From NCBI GenBank assembly GCA_965219575.1, contig OZ244779.1:1836769-1900768 (forward strand): a stretch of DNA of 64,000 nt, given 5' to 3'. Position 1 is the stretch's first letter. Each line of letters begins with the position of its first letter. The translations under genes and the position numbers were made by a program. Source of the stretch: Candidatus Oxydemutatoraceae bacterium (lineage in GTDB: Bacteria > Pseudomonadota > Gammaproteobacteria > Poriferisulfidales > Oxydemutatoraceae). Below, one piece after another: positions 34,411-44,235 of the stretch. The notes under the pieces are model-generated. The model was given only the letters and a program-made list of their open reading frames with translations. It was not told the origin of the DNA and did no database searches.

Positions 34411-35358
34411 TTATGTATCCCAATCGTAGCCCGAAAAGAAATTGTATTCGTCGATTATCTTTTTTACTTCTTCCTTTTGCTCATCCGACCAGTGCAGTTC
34501 ATGACGGCTTTTATTGATTTTTTTACGAATTACCGAAGCACAATCTTTCAAATAGTCTCGGGGATATGACACTTTCAGGAATTTGCATAGCTTGGTCAGT
34601 TGTTTGGTGGGAGAAGCAACTAAATCTTCGTGCCTATTTATCAATATATTCGTACTTTTCCTTAAAATACTTTTCGTTTGCATTAGTTCAAATAGTTTTT
34701 TTCCCTGCTTGCACATAGTAGGAAACGATATCTTTATTTTATAATCCAGCATCTTATTCACATCATCCTGTGTTACCACTCGAAGCCTTCTATTACCTGC
34801 CCAATAGACTACATCGGTGGCAATCATATCATAAGGATTACGCACCGTGAAAACAAACCTCAAGCGGCTAATCTTCGCTTGTCTAAGATTCTCTTTTAGC
34901 TTTTCTAATACCCCCTTCTCTAATAAACTGTCTGCCAGCGGTAATGAATTTTTAATACCTATTACTTTTAACGATTCGCAACGGGCTTGCCATTGATTAG
35001 GAACGGATACATAACGCTCTTGCTGGTTATAAGTTCTTTTTACTTTGTTATTCGAGTTTGAAATTTCCTCAAAAGTCTGTGGATCCCGAATTTCTCTCGC
35101 ACCTTCAAATCTCATTTTATCTATGTATAAAATATAATTCAGTAAAACTATAAAAGGAACTTTGTCATATAATGCCTCACCTTGCCGGGCGGGTTCATTA
35201 GCTACAACCATATTGGGATGGGCGGTAAGTAAATAACCGAGTAGCGATGAACCCGATCTGGGAAAATACGATACCAGTGTCATCGTGTGTATATCGTCAA
35301 AATACACCGTGTCGGGTGCGGGTATTTTATAATCTAAGGGAGAAATACGATCGGGCAT
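34411..35358 (-). CDS. Sulfotransferase, paralogue 3
   Basis: PRSGSSLL (5'-PSB), TVRNPYD (3'-PB), HEDL. Confidence 0.82.
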   Translation of the reverse strand: MPDRISPLDYKIPAPDTVYFDDIHTMTLVSYFPRSGSSLLGYLLTAHPNMVVANEPARQGEALYDKVPFIVLLNYILYIDKMRFEGAREIRDPQTFEEISNSNNKVKRTYNQQERYVSVPNQWQARCESLKVIGIKNSLPLADSLLEKGVLEKLKENLRQAKISRLRFVFTVRNPYDMIATDVVYWAGNRRLRVVTQDDVNKMLDYKIKISFPTMCKQGKKLFELMQTKSILRKSTNILINRHEDLVASPTKQLTKLCKFLKVSYPRDYLKDCASVIRKKINKSRHELHWSDEQKEEVKKIIDEYNFFSGYDWDT

Positions 35359-35377
35359 AAATAATCCTGTAAGTGTC

Positions 35378-36298
35378 TCATGAATCCCAGCTGTAGCCGG
35401 AAAGAAAGTGATATGTATCTATTAACTTTGCTAACTCTTCTTTTCGTTGCTCCGACCAATCCAATTCATAACGGCTTTTGTAGGCTTTTTTATGAACCAC
35501 GGATGCACAATCATCAAGATAATCGGGAAATGCCGGCACTCCTAGAAAATCGCATAGCTTACTCAGCTGATCTACCGGAGAAGCCACCATATCCTCGTGC
35601 CTATTGATAAATATATCCTCGGCTTTAATCACCGTAAAAAGACTCTCCGCCCCTTCACACATTCTAGGGAGGCGTATTTTCACATTATAGTCCAATACCA
35701 TATATACATCGTTCTGTGTCACCGTTCTAATTTTCTTATTGTTAGCCCAATATGCTACATTGGTGGTAATCATATCGTAAGGGTTGCGCACCGTGAAAAT
35801 AAACTTTAAGCGATTGACCGATTTTTTCTTAAGATTTTCCCTAAAAGTCTTTAATATACCTATTTTTGATAGGCGATTAGTTGAATATGAGGAACATTTA
35901 GTTCCTATTACTTGTAAAGACTCATAGCGAGCTTGCCATTGATTAGGAACCATCACATATTTGTTTCCTGCACCGTACCTTGATTTGGACTCACTTTTAT
36001 TTAATGATGAAGATTTTTCGGTGTTTTCAATAAATTCTTTTGCTAGTCTAAATCTATTTCTATCCCTTAGAAAAATATAATTAAATAACTCTTTTGGATC
36101 GACTTCGTATAGATTTTTAACTTTGATATGAGGCTCATGGGCAACTATTATATTACGATGTGCGGTCAGTAAATAACCGACCAGCGATGAACCGCTTCTA
36201 CTAAATCCTACCGTTGATACGAATGTGTGTACGTCCTTAAAATACGCCGGGTCGTGTACAGGTATTTCATAATCTTGTGGATCGATACGGTCAGGCAT
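35378..36298 (-). CDS. Sulfotransferase, paralogue 2
   Basis: SRSGSSLV, TVRNPYD, HEDM. Confidence 0.82.
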   Translation of the reverse strand: MPDRIDPQDYEIPVHDPAYFKDVHTFVSTVGFSRSGSSLVGYLLTAHRNIIVAHEPHIKVKNLYEVDPKELFNYIFLRDRNRFRLAKEFIENTEKSSSLNKSESKSRYGAGNKYVMVPNQWQARYESLQVIGTKCSSYSTNRLSKIGILKTFRENLKKKSVNRLKFIFTVRNPYDMITTNVAYWANNKKIRTVTQNDVYMVLDYNVKIRLPRMCEGAESLFTVIKAEDIFINRHEDMVASPVDQLSKLCDFLGVPAFPDYLDDCASVVHKKAYKSRYELDWSEQRKEELAKLIDTYHFLSGYSWDS

Positions 36299-36317
36299 AA
36301 ATAATCTTATAAGTGTT

Positions 36318-37244
36318 TCATGAGTCCCAACTATAGCCGGAAAAGAAGTGATATGTATCTATAATCTTCGCTACCTCTTCCTTTTGTTGCTCCGACCAGT
36401 CGAGTTCATAACGACTTTTGTTGGCTTTTTTACGAACTATGGACGCACAATCATTAAGATAATCGGGAAGTGGCGGTACGCTCAGGAAATCGCATAGCTT
36501 GCTCAACTGGTTTATGGGAGAAGCCGTCATGTCCTCGTGCCTATTGATAAATACATTTTTATCTCCGGCCAACTTAAAAATTTTTTTAGCTATTTCGCAT
36601 CGTCTTACAAATTGACTTTTTATTTGTTTAGTTATCAGTTTGTGTTTTTGCTCTTCGGTGAAAGAAGCTTTTTTCGGGTTTCCGGCACGGTGCATTATAC
36701 CCGTGCTAATCATATCGTAGGGGTTTCGTACTGTAAAAATAAACTTCAAACGATGAATTCCTAGTTTTTTAATTTTCGACTTGAACTTCTCGTATGTATC
36801 TTCCTCCGATAGATGCCTCGCCAATATCGACGAATTTTTAATTCCTATAACATGCAACGAGTCGCAACATGCCTGCCATTGATTAGGAACAAACATATAA
36901 CGCTCTTGTTTGTTATAGGTTCTCTTGACAGGATTATCCGATATGGAGGCTTCCCTCGGCTTTTCCGTAGAACGAAAATTTTTCGCTTCTTCAAATCTCA
37001 TTTTATCTACATATAAAATATAATTTATCAATGCCATCGGAGGAACTTCATCGTATAAGTTTTCTTGGTAGTGGTTCGGTTCGCTAGCTATCACCATATT
37101 GCAATGGGCGGTTAGTAAATAGCCGAGCAATGTTGAACCGGAGCGAGGAAAAGTAGATACCAATACCATCGTATGTAGTTTATCAAAATAGTTTTTGTCC
37201 GGTACGGGCGTTCTATAATGGGGTGATTTAGTGTCACGCATCAT
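36318..37244 (-). CDS. Sulfotransferase, paralogue 1
   Basis: PRSGSTLL, TVRNPYD, HEDM. Confidence 0.82.
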   Translation of the reverse strand: MMRDTKSPHYRTPVPDKNYFDKLHTMVLVSTFPRSGSTLLGYLLTAHCNMVIASEPNHYQENLYDEVPPMALINYILYVDKMRFEEAKNFRSTEKPREASISDNPVKRTYNKQERYMFVPNQWQACCDSLHVIGIKNSSILARHLSEEDTYEKFKSKIKKLGIHRLKFIFTVRNPYDMISTGIMHRAGNPKKASFTEEQKHKLITKQIKSQFVRRCEIAKKIFKLAGDKNVFINRHEDMTASPINQLSKLCDFLSVPPLPDYLNDCASIVRKKANKSRYELDWSEQQKEEVAKIIDTYHFFSGYSWDS

Positions 37245-37360
37245 GGATATTGATAAAATAAGTATTAAAGTGTTGCTTTTTTAAGTATCTGACTTGAGAA
37301 TTAGCTATTATATATACACCCTTAAAATATTCCAAAACTATCCGATAACTCTATTTATTT

Positions 37361-38809
37361 ATGACCGATATTGAAAACAAAGAACATATCCTATTTTTAA
37401 CCGGCAAACTCGCTTATTCGGGGTTGATTCGTATTCTAGAGGATATGCAAAGCGACGCATTTACATACGATGTCCGCAATTTAGGTTTGAGCGTCGCTTC
37501 TATGATGACTACGAGTATCATCAAACGAAGATTAAAAGACATAGATCAATTCGACAGAATTATCTTACCGGGTCTTTTCCGCGGCGATTTAGAGGAACTA
37601 TCGTCTCATTTTCGCGTCCCGTTCGAGCGCGGACCCGACGAACTCAAGGACATCCCGTCATTATTCGGTAAAACGCATCACTATGATTTGGAAGATTCGG
37701 ATGTGTTGATCTTCGGTGAGATAGTCGAAGCTGCCGAGCAGTCGCCGGAAGAGACTCTGGATGTTGCGCAACGTTACAGAACAGACGGTGCCGATGTGAT
37801 AGATATAGGGTTTATGCCGGAAACACCCTTTCCACAACTCAAAGATACGATTACTTTACTCAAAGAACATCGTTTCAAGGTCAGCGTAGATACGCATAAC
37901 ACCGAACAACTGTTGCAGGCATCGCAGTACGGTGCAGATTATCTGCTCAGCCTAAAACAAGACACGCTATGGGTCGCCGACGAAAGCGAGGCAACACCTA
38001 TCGTAATCCCGGACACACCACAACAGATAGAGACACTCTATAACTGCATAGAAAGACTGGAGAAAAAAAATAGAGCATTTGTCGCCGATCCCATTCTAGA
38101 TCCCATACATTACGGATTTAGCGACTCTGTGGCACGCTACCACCGCTTACGCCACGATCACCCGCATATAGAAATAATGATGGGGATCGGCAATCTCACC
38201 GAACTAACACACGCCGATACCTCGGGCATCAATGCACTACTACTGGGTATCGTGTCGGAACTCGATATTAGATATTTATTGACCACCCAAGTTAGCGAAC
38301 ACTGCCGCTGTGCGATACGAGAAGCCGATTTAGCGAGACGCATTATGTATACAGCGCGTCGCCATAGTTCCACGCCTGCAAATATCGCAAGCGGGTTGAT
38401 GGCATTGCACGAAAGACACCCTTTTCCTTATAGTCCGAGGGAAATTAAAACTATTGCCGAATCTATCAAAGATAAAAATTTCAGAATACAGCTCAGCGAA
38501 GAAGGTATACATATGTATAATCGCGATCTCTATAAAGTTGCAACCGATCCTTTTGATTTTTATACCGAGCTGGGTGTCTCGGACGACGGCGGACATGCGT
38601 TTTACTTGGGAGTAGAATTGGGACGGGCGCAAATTGCATGGCAGCTAGGAAAGCGTTACAATCAGGACGAAGAATTGCTCTGGGGATGTGCCGTAGAGCC
38701 TAAAGAAGAAGACCTCACTACTTTTAAGGAAGGCGGCATAACCTTAAAAGAGCGACGCGAAAAAATAAAAAACAGAAAAAAACGAAATACAAAGAATGAA
38801 GATACTTGA
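37361..38809 (+). CDS. DUF6513/pterin-binding (DHPS-like) protein of H4MPT-linked C1 clusters
   Basis: LFLTGKLA, GADVIDIG, DPILDPIHYG, GNLTELTHADT, HAFYLGVELGRA. Confidence 0.8.
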   Translation: MTDIENKEHILFLTGKLAYSGLIRILEDMQSDAFTYDVRNLGLSVASMMTTSIIKRRLKDIDQFDRIILPGLFRGDLEELSSHFRVPFERGPDELKDIPSLFGKTHHYDLEDSDVLIFGEIVEAAEQSPEETLDVAQRYRTDGADVIDIGFMPETPFPQLKDTITLLKEHRFKVSVDTHNTEQLLQASQYGADYLLSLKQDTLWVADESEATPIVIPDTPQQIETLYNCIERLEKKNRAFVADPILDPIHYGFSDSVARYHRLRHDHPHIEIMMGIGNLTELTHADTSGINALLLGIVSELDIRYLLTTQVSEHCRCAIREADLARRIMYTARRHSSTPANIASGLMALHERHPFPYSPREIKTIAESIKDKNFRIQLSEEGIHMYNRDLYKVATDPFDFYTELGVSDDGGHAFYLGVELGRAQIAWQLGKRYNQDEELLWGCAVEPKEEDLTTFKEGGITLKERREKIKNRKKRNTKNEDT

Positions 38810-39359
38810 AACGATCGTCTCTACTTGCAACGAAGACGGTAGCACATATCTTGCTCCGATGGGGATATGGGTGAGCGATTCCTTTACGATACTAGCGCCT
38901 TTCAAACCGTCTACCACCTTAGACAATCTCAAGCGTACCCCGTATGCGGTAATCAACCGTATAGACGATGTCAGAGTATTTGCAGGTTGTCTAAGCGGTC
39001 GCAGAGAATGGGCTTTAGCCGAAAGTGAATATGTAAAAGCCAAACGGCTGGCGGCTGCGTTGAGTCACACTGAAGTCAAAGTCGTCAAAACCGAAGAGGA
39101 TGCACTCAGACCGAAGCTATACACCGAGATATTGCATGAGGCAACGCACGCACCTTTTAGTGGCTTTAACCGAGCGCAAGCTGCGGTTATAGAATTGGCG
39201 ATACTCGTCAGCCGCCTAGACCGATTAGCGCGTGAAAAAATTCTCACCGAGATTGACTATCTAAAAATTGCCATAGATAAAACCGCCGGTTCCGAGGAAC
39301 TCGAGGCGTGGTCGTGGTTAATCGAACGCGTGCAGAGGAAATTTCCGGAAATATCCTAA
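38796..39359 (+). CDS. DUF447 family protein
   Basis: ETIVST, APMG, APFKPSTTLDN, GFNRAQAAVIE. Confidence 0.85.
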   Translation: MKILETIVSTCNEDGSTYLAPMGIWVSDSFTILAPFKPSTTLDNLKRTPYAVINRIDDVRVFAGCLSGRREWALAESEYVKAKRLAAALSHTEVKVVKTEEDALRPKLYTEILHEATHAPFSGFNRAQAAVIELAILVSRLDRLAREKILTEIDYLKIAIDKTAGSEELEAWSWLIERVQRKFPEIS

Positions 39360-39363
39360 TAGT

Positions 39364-40041
39364 ATGACGAAATTATTAGCTAGCATTTCTAACTTGGAAG
39401 AAGCACGCATCGCACTGCAGGCTTCGGTGGGAATACTTGATATGAAAGACCCTACGCAAGGTGCTTTAGGTGCACTGGACGAGCATACTATAGGTGAAAT
39501 CGTGGAGCTCGTATCGGGAACTTGTATCAGTAGCGCAACCATAGGTGATTTGCCCGCCGATCCCGAAGTCGTATTAAAAAAAACACGAGCGGTCGCAAAG
39601 CTCGGAGTAAATTATGTCAAAGTCGGAATGTTCGGCGGTGATTGGCTTTTGAAATGTTTGCCTGCGCTCAAAACGGTCACCACAAATATTAATTTGGTCG
39701 GGGTTTTATTCGCCGAATACTTTAACGATTTATCGGGACCCTGTCATTTATTAAGGTCGGCAGGTTTCGGCGGCATCATGGTAGATACGGCAAATAAAAA
39801 GAACGGTTCGGTACGCACCGTCAAAAGCGACTCCGAGTTAAGTGATTTTGTGAAAACTGCACAAAGCAGCGGTTTGCTTTGTGGCATCGCAGGTTCATTA
39901 AAATACCGAGACATCAAGCCTCTGCTTAAAATGACACCCGATTATCTAGGCTTTAGGACTGCGTTGTGTGAAAACCATCGAAGACAGGGAAAATTATCCG
40001 CCGCAATGATACAAAAAATCACCGCGCAACTACGGCGATAG
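39364..40041 (+). CDS. mfnB: (5-formylfuran-3-yl)methyl phosphate synthase
   Basis: LLAS, DMKDPTQGALGAL, SATIGD, YVKVG, AGSL, DYLGFR. Confidence 0.82.
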   Translation: MTKLLASISNLEEARIALQASVGILDMKDPTQGALGALDEHTIGEIVELVSGTCISSATIGDLPADPEVVLKKTRAVAKLGVNYVKVGMFGGDWLLKCLPALKTVTTNINLVGVLFAEYFNDLSGPCHLLRSAGFGGIMVDTANKKNGSVRTVKSDSELSDFVKTAQSSGLLCGIAGSLKYRDIKPLLKMTPDYLGFRTALCENHRRQGKLSAAMIQKITAQLRR

Positions 40042-40105
40042 AGTTCCGTTGATTATTGAAAGGGCTTTGGATCGTCGTTTAAGCCATACGGAGTAAAGCA
40101 ATAAT

Positions 40106-40140
40106 GGGACTGTTGAAAAGTATTCTATGCACCGTAGGGG
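40106..40140. repeat. Isolated end of the repeat family
   Basis: GGGACTGTTGAAAAGTATT...GTAGGGG, similar to the reverse complement of 340-375. Confidence 0.6.
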
Positions 40141-40143
40141 TGG

Positions 40144-40899
40144 TTATCCGAAGGTCTTGGCTGTCCATTTTACCTCTCCGATAATCTCCGCAGCATCCGG
40201 AAAGGGTTCGGACTTCAATTTCGGATGGTTGCTTACGAGCTGCCATCCGTTTTTGTCCTTACCGAGACGCTTAACGACAACATCATCGTTGATTCGTATT
40301 GCGTAGATGTTCCCTACTCGGCGACGGCATTGCGAACGATCGATTAGTACTATAGAGCGTTCTGCTATCGTCGGTTCCATAGATCCGTTGCGAACTTCCA
40401 CAATGAAGCAATGTTCAAAATTCAGCTTATGTCTAGCGAACCAATCGCGATGAAAGGCCACATAACATGACTTTTGATAATCCTCGCTACCCGTGGTTTT
40501 GCTTGCAGTGGCTTTCATTTCAAGAACGGGGATATAGTGCATTAGGTCCGATTCCGCAACATACGATGCCTTGGATTCCGCTATTTTGCGGTATGAACTT
40601 TTAGGCGGCAATCGGGATATTATTTCTTGAAACATGCTTCGGATCGTCACTCCCTTTTCGGACGAGTCAACTATATCCGGAGATTCGGAACGCGTCGGCC
40701 CTATATAAAATTCTAGTTTGAGCACCTCGCATAAAGCACGAATTCTCTCTACCGAAGGTATGCTACCACGGCGTATACCGCGAATAAGTTCGGGACCTCC
40801 GGTTGCTAGAATGGAGGCCTGACGAGCAGATATACCTTGCTCGTTCAAAGCTCGATCGATAATTTTTAAGAGAACTTTGGCTGAAAGATTCTTATTCAT
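40144..40899 (-). CDS. Phage cI-like repressor (HTH + S24 peptidase)
   Basis: N-terminal HTH; GSMEPT catalytic Ser and VVKRL catalytic Lys. Confidence 0.85.
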   Translation of the reverse strand: MNKNLSAKVLLKIIDRALNEQGISARQASILATGGPELIRGIRRGSIPSVERIRALCEVLKLEFYIGPTRSESPDIVDSSEKGVTIRSMFQEIISRLPPKSSYRKIAESKASYVAESDLMHYIPVLEMKATASKTTGSEDYQKSCYVAFHRDWFARHKLNFEHCFIVEVRNGSMEPTIAERSIVLIDRSQCRRRVGNIYAIRINDDVVVKRLGKDKNGWQLVSNHPKLKSEPFPDAAEIIGEVKWTAKTFG

Positions 40900-40902
40900 A
40901 TA

Positions 40903-41056
40903 AGGGAATTATCCCTTATTAAAGAAGATATGGCAAATAAAAATTACTCCGAAATTTTAGAATTATAGATACATCAGGAAGGGAATTATCCCTCATTATA
41001 AAAAATATGACAAATAAAAATTATTCCGAAAATTGAGAATTATAGTCTCATCAGAA
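40903..41056. repeat. Imperfect 77-bp tandem duplication, each copy starting with an operator-like palindrome
   Basis: AGGGAATTATCCCT...CATCAG repeated with period 77, directly upstream of the cI start. Confidence 0.8.
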
Positions 41057-41194
41057 CCTGAAAGTGGTATTTGTTCATCGTTGCATGTATATAAACTTTG
41101 TGAAAATACTTAAAAAAAACCACGAAAATACAATAACTTTTATATTCTCACCTGCCATTCGTTATTATGCTAAAATACCCGATAACCTTACTTA

Positions 41195-41222
41195 TTGACA
41201 TAAGGTTAATTTACCCTAAAAT
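41195..41222 (+). promoter_or_regulatory. Sigma70 promoter for the cro-like gene, with an operator-like spacer
   Basis: TTGACA-16 nt-TAAAAT, 7 nt before ATG 41230; spacer TAAGGTTAATTTACCC resembles the 40903 palindrome. Confidence 0.65.
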
Positions 41223-41229
41223 AATCTAT

Positions 41230-41484
41230 ATGCGGGAAATTGACCTTATAAAGATTAGCAAAAAATATACGCATGCTAAAAAAATTAGTCTCTCAAGGCT
41301 AGGTTTTTTAGCAGTGAAAGACGGTAAATTCTTCTCCAGACTGGAGAAAGGAAGTAGTTGCACACTTCGCACGGCGAGGTGTGTCATCCAGTATCTGTCG
41401 GATAGGTGGCCGCCGGGATTGAAGTGGCCATCCGACATTCAGCGACCTCCTATATCTCCCGGTCCGAAGAGGAAATCCGTATGA
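41230..41484 (+). CDS. Cro-like small DNA-binding protein
   Basis: Divergent from cI; SLSRLG...DGKFFSRL HTH-like segment, WPPGLKWPSDIQRP tail. Confidence 0.65.
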   Translation: MREIDLIKISKKYTHAKKISLSRLGFLAVKDGKFFSRLEKGSSCTLRTARCVIQYLSDRWPPGLKWPSDIQRPPISPGPKRKSV

Positions 41485-41669
41485 TACACTTAACGAAGAC
41501 CTATGATACAGGTATAAAAAGTCTCAAAAAATAATTATGAAATGTATTCCCTATCGTTTAATTTTTTGTTACAATCAGAACATGACTTTTCATTGGTTGC
41601 CTCCTATGAGGCTATTGAGGCGGTCTCTCCCCCCTATGACCGCCTCCCTCTTTCGGGAAAACTAATCGG

Positions 41670-42656
41670 CTAGTCAACCCCCTCATAAAACTTCTTTTTG
41701 ATCTCCTGCAGTGTTAAACGTTTTTTTTTCATTGCGTGAATCTGTTTTATACGTTTAATCGTATCGGAGTCGTATAGCTGATATCCCGCTTCGGTAACTT
41801 CGGCAACTTCAAGCAATCCCTTTTTTGTCCAATATCTAATAGTAGAATTTTTTTCGGATACTTTCCTAGCCAATTCTCCGATTTTTAACAGCTTCGTCTC
41901 ATAATCAATCACCGCACTTTCACCTTGAGCCGCTTTGAGATAAATATCTAAAGAACGATTTATCGCCTTAGCGATGAGCCTCAAATAATCGTTCTTAGAA
42001 CCGCCCGTCTGTGCTTTCTCTAACGCTGTTATATAAGCTAAACGGTCTCGTTTTGCGATAATCGCCGGTGGATAACCCGTCATCAATAAAATCATATTCA
42101 TCATTAGTCTGGCAGTTCTACCGTTGCCGTCTACGAAAGGGTGTATACTCACCAAACGATAATGCGCCTCCGCCGCCAAATCTATCGGGTGGATGTTGTT
42201 TGCCGTCTTAATCCATTTTATAAATTCGGTCATTAGGTCCGGTACTTTGATTGGATTAGGCAACACAACCGTAGAACCGGATATACGTACTGCTACCGTA
42301 CGGTAACAACCGGCATTAGCATCATCTATTCCTCGTAGGATCGTATTGTGTATTTGCAAAATATCTCTCTGTTTGAAGCTACCGGGTTTGCGGTTGATTT
42401 GCTCATGCACCCAATCCAATGCGCAGGCATGGTTTGTAGCTTCCAAATGTTCAGCCAACGATCTGCCTCCGACCGTCAAACCCTTCTCAACTACCAAAGC
42501 AGTCTCACGGCGCGTCAAGGTGTTACCCTCAATCGCATTGCTGGTGTAAGTCAGTTCTACTCGAAACCAATCCTCTAAATTTCGAACCAGTACGTTCGGT
42601 AACGGACGGAACCGATCGAGCTGCCGCTTTTTTTCTGTGAGTAGTTCATAATTCAT
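41670..42656 (-). CDS. Fic protein with C-terminal MerR-type HTH
   Basis: HPFVDGNGRTAR canonical Fic motif; SNAIEG inhibitory motif; LKIGELARK...TIRYW...GYQLY MerR HTH. Confidence 0.88.
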   Translation of the reverse strand: MNYELLTEKKRQLDRFRPLPNVLVRNLEDWFRVELTYTSNAIEGNTLTRRETALVVEKGLTVGGRSLAEHLEATNHACALDWVHEQINRKPGSFKQRDILQIHNTILRGIDDANAGCYRTVAVRISGSTVVLPNPIKVPDLMTEFIKWIKTANNIHPIDLAAEAHYRLVSIHPFVDGNGRTARLMMNMILLMTGYPPAIIAKRDRLAYITALEKAQTGGSKNDYLRLIAKAINRSLDIYLKAAQGESAVIDYETKLLKIGELARKVSEKNSTIRYWTKKGLLEVAEVTEAGYQLYDSDTIKRIKQIHAMKKKRLTLQEIKKKFYEGVD

Positions 42657-42709
42657 AGGATAAACCATAAACCATAAAGTTATGGTTGTCAATATCTTAA
42701 ATTTATAAC

Positions 42710-43513
42710 TTATTGTAAATAGCTTTTTTTAGCGTATGAAGACAAGGAAAGTATTACTATAAATAGCACTGCAGCCATTGCAACAATAGACGGACTCGAA
42801 GGGGTATCAAATTGAATAGAAGCGTAAATCCCGCCGACAACGGCAATCATACCGAGTACAGAGGAAGTTAATGCCATCGCCTCGGGTGATCTTACGAGCT
42901 GTTTGGCGGTTGCGGCCGGGATAATTAACATGGAGGTAATCAGAAGAATTCCTACGACGCGAATAGAAACGGCAACGACAATAGTCATCAGAAGCATAAG
43001 CAAAAGGTGCATTAAAAATACCCGAACATTGTCTGCGATAGCTAAATCTTCATCGATGGTCATCAATACCAAAGACTCCCAATTCAACAGCAGTAGCGTT
43101 AAAACAATCCCACCACCAATATAAATCCACCACAGTTCTTCTATGGCTACGGTTAGAATGTCGCCGAACAAATAAGCATGCAAATCAACGCGCTGCTCCA
43201 GCGTGCCGATAACGATAATGCCTACGGATAGTGCCGAGTGTGCTAGGATGCCGAGTAATGTATCGGTAGCCAATACTTTTTTTTGTTGCAACCAAAGCAA
43301 CAACAAAGCAAAAGTAAAACAAACAATAATCGTGGTGATATTCGTGCCTAAACCGGTAGCCAATCCCATTGCGATTCCCAGCAAAGCACTGTGTGCTAAA
43401 GAATCACCGAAATACGCCATACGTCGCCAGACCACGAAACAACCGATCGTGCCGGCGATAATCGCAACACCGATACCCGCAGCTAATGCGCGAAGAATAA
43501 ACGGTTCAGACAC
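42710..43513 (-). CDS. znuB: Zinc ABC transporter permease
   Basis: WRRMAYFGDSLAH, YLFGDIL, LIIPAA. Confidence 0.94.
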   Translation of the reverse strand: MSEPFILRALAAGIGVAIIAGTIGCFVVWRRMAYFGDSLAHSALLGIAMGLATGLGTNITTIIVCFTFALLLLWLQQKKVLATDTLLGILAHSALSVGIIVIGTLEQRVDLHAYLFGDILTVAIEELWWIYIGGGIVLTLLLLNWESLVLMTIDEDLAIADNVRVFLMHLLLMLLMTIVVAVSIRVVGILLITSMLIIPAATAKQLVRSPEAMALTSSVLGMIAVVGGIYASIQFDTPSSPSIVAMAAVLFIVILSLSSYAKKSYLQ

Positions 43514-44234
43514 GATAGTCGTGTTCGTGTATATGATTATGGCTATGCTGATAAACCGAGACCATCTTCGCCATATCGCGTCCGAACAAAGAAATAAACT
43601 CCGGATCTTTGGTTACCGCTTGCGGTTCTCCGGAGCAGCAGATATGATGAAAAAGACAAATGACTTGCTTTGTCGATGCCATCACCAAATGCAAATCGTG
43701 CGACACCATCAGAATACTCAGAGGACGACTCGCATAAATCTTCTCCAATAAACTATAGAAAGCGAGTTGTCCGGAAATGTCCAAGTTTTGCGCCGGTTCG
43801 TCCAATACCAATAATTCCGGATCATTTAACAAACTTCGAGCCAGCAGTACGCGCTGCAATTCGCCACTGGAAAGCACCGACAACGGGCTGGCCACGAGCT
43901 TTACTATATTGGTTTCGTGTAATACCCTTTGAAGTTGTGAAACATCGATGCGCTTTCGTAGACGCAGGAATCGACCTACGGTGATAGGCATACTACGCTC
44001 AAAACTAAGATTCTGCGGCATATACCCGATTCTTAACCCACCAGATCGTTCTATGGTTCCGGCATCGGCTCGGTAAAAACCCAATAAACATTTGAGCAAC
44101 ATCGACTTGCCGGCACCGTTCGGGCCTATCACGGTAATAAAATCTCGCTCGCCTACGCTAAGAGATACATCTTTGAGGATATATTTTTTTCGCTTAAGAA
44201 CGCTAATACGCTTGGCTTCTATCAATACATTCAT
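43506..44234 (-). CDS. znuC: Zinc ABC transporter ATPase
   Basis: GPNGAGKS, GELQRVLLAR, LDEP, SHDLH, His-rich tail. Confidence 0.93.
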   Translation of the reverse strand: MNVLIEAKRISVLKRKKYILKDVSLSVGERDFITVIGPNGAGKSMLLKCLLGFYRADAGTIERSGGLRIGYMPQNLSFERSMPITVGRFLRLRKRIDVSQLQRVLHETNIVKLVASPLSVLSSGELQRVLLARSLLNDPELLVLDEPAQNLDISGQLAFYSLLEKIYASRPLSILMVSHDLHLVMASTKQVICLFHHICCSGEPQAVTKDPEFISLFGRDMAKMVSVYQHSHNHIHEHDYRV

Positions 44235-44235
44235 A

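Noticed and set aside
40903-40994. GGGAATTAT motifs as further IS1595-like ends
   Set aside because: They match only 9 nt, are in direct rather than inverted orientation, and lie within self-palindromes upstream of cI; an operator is a better explanation.
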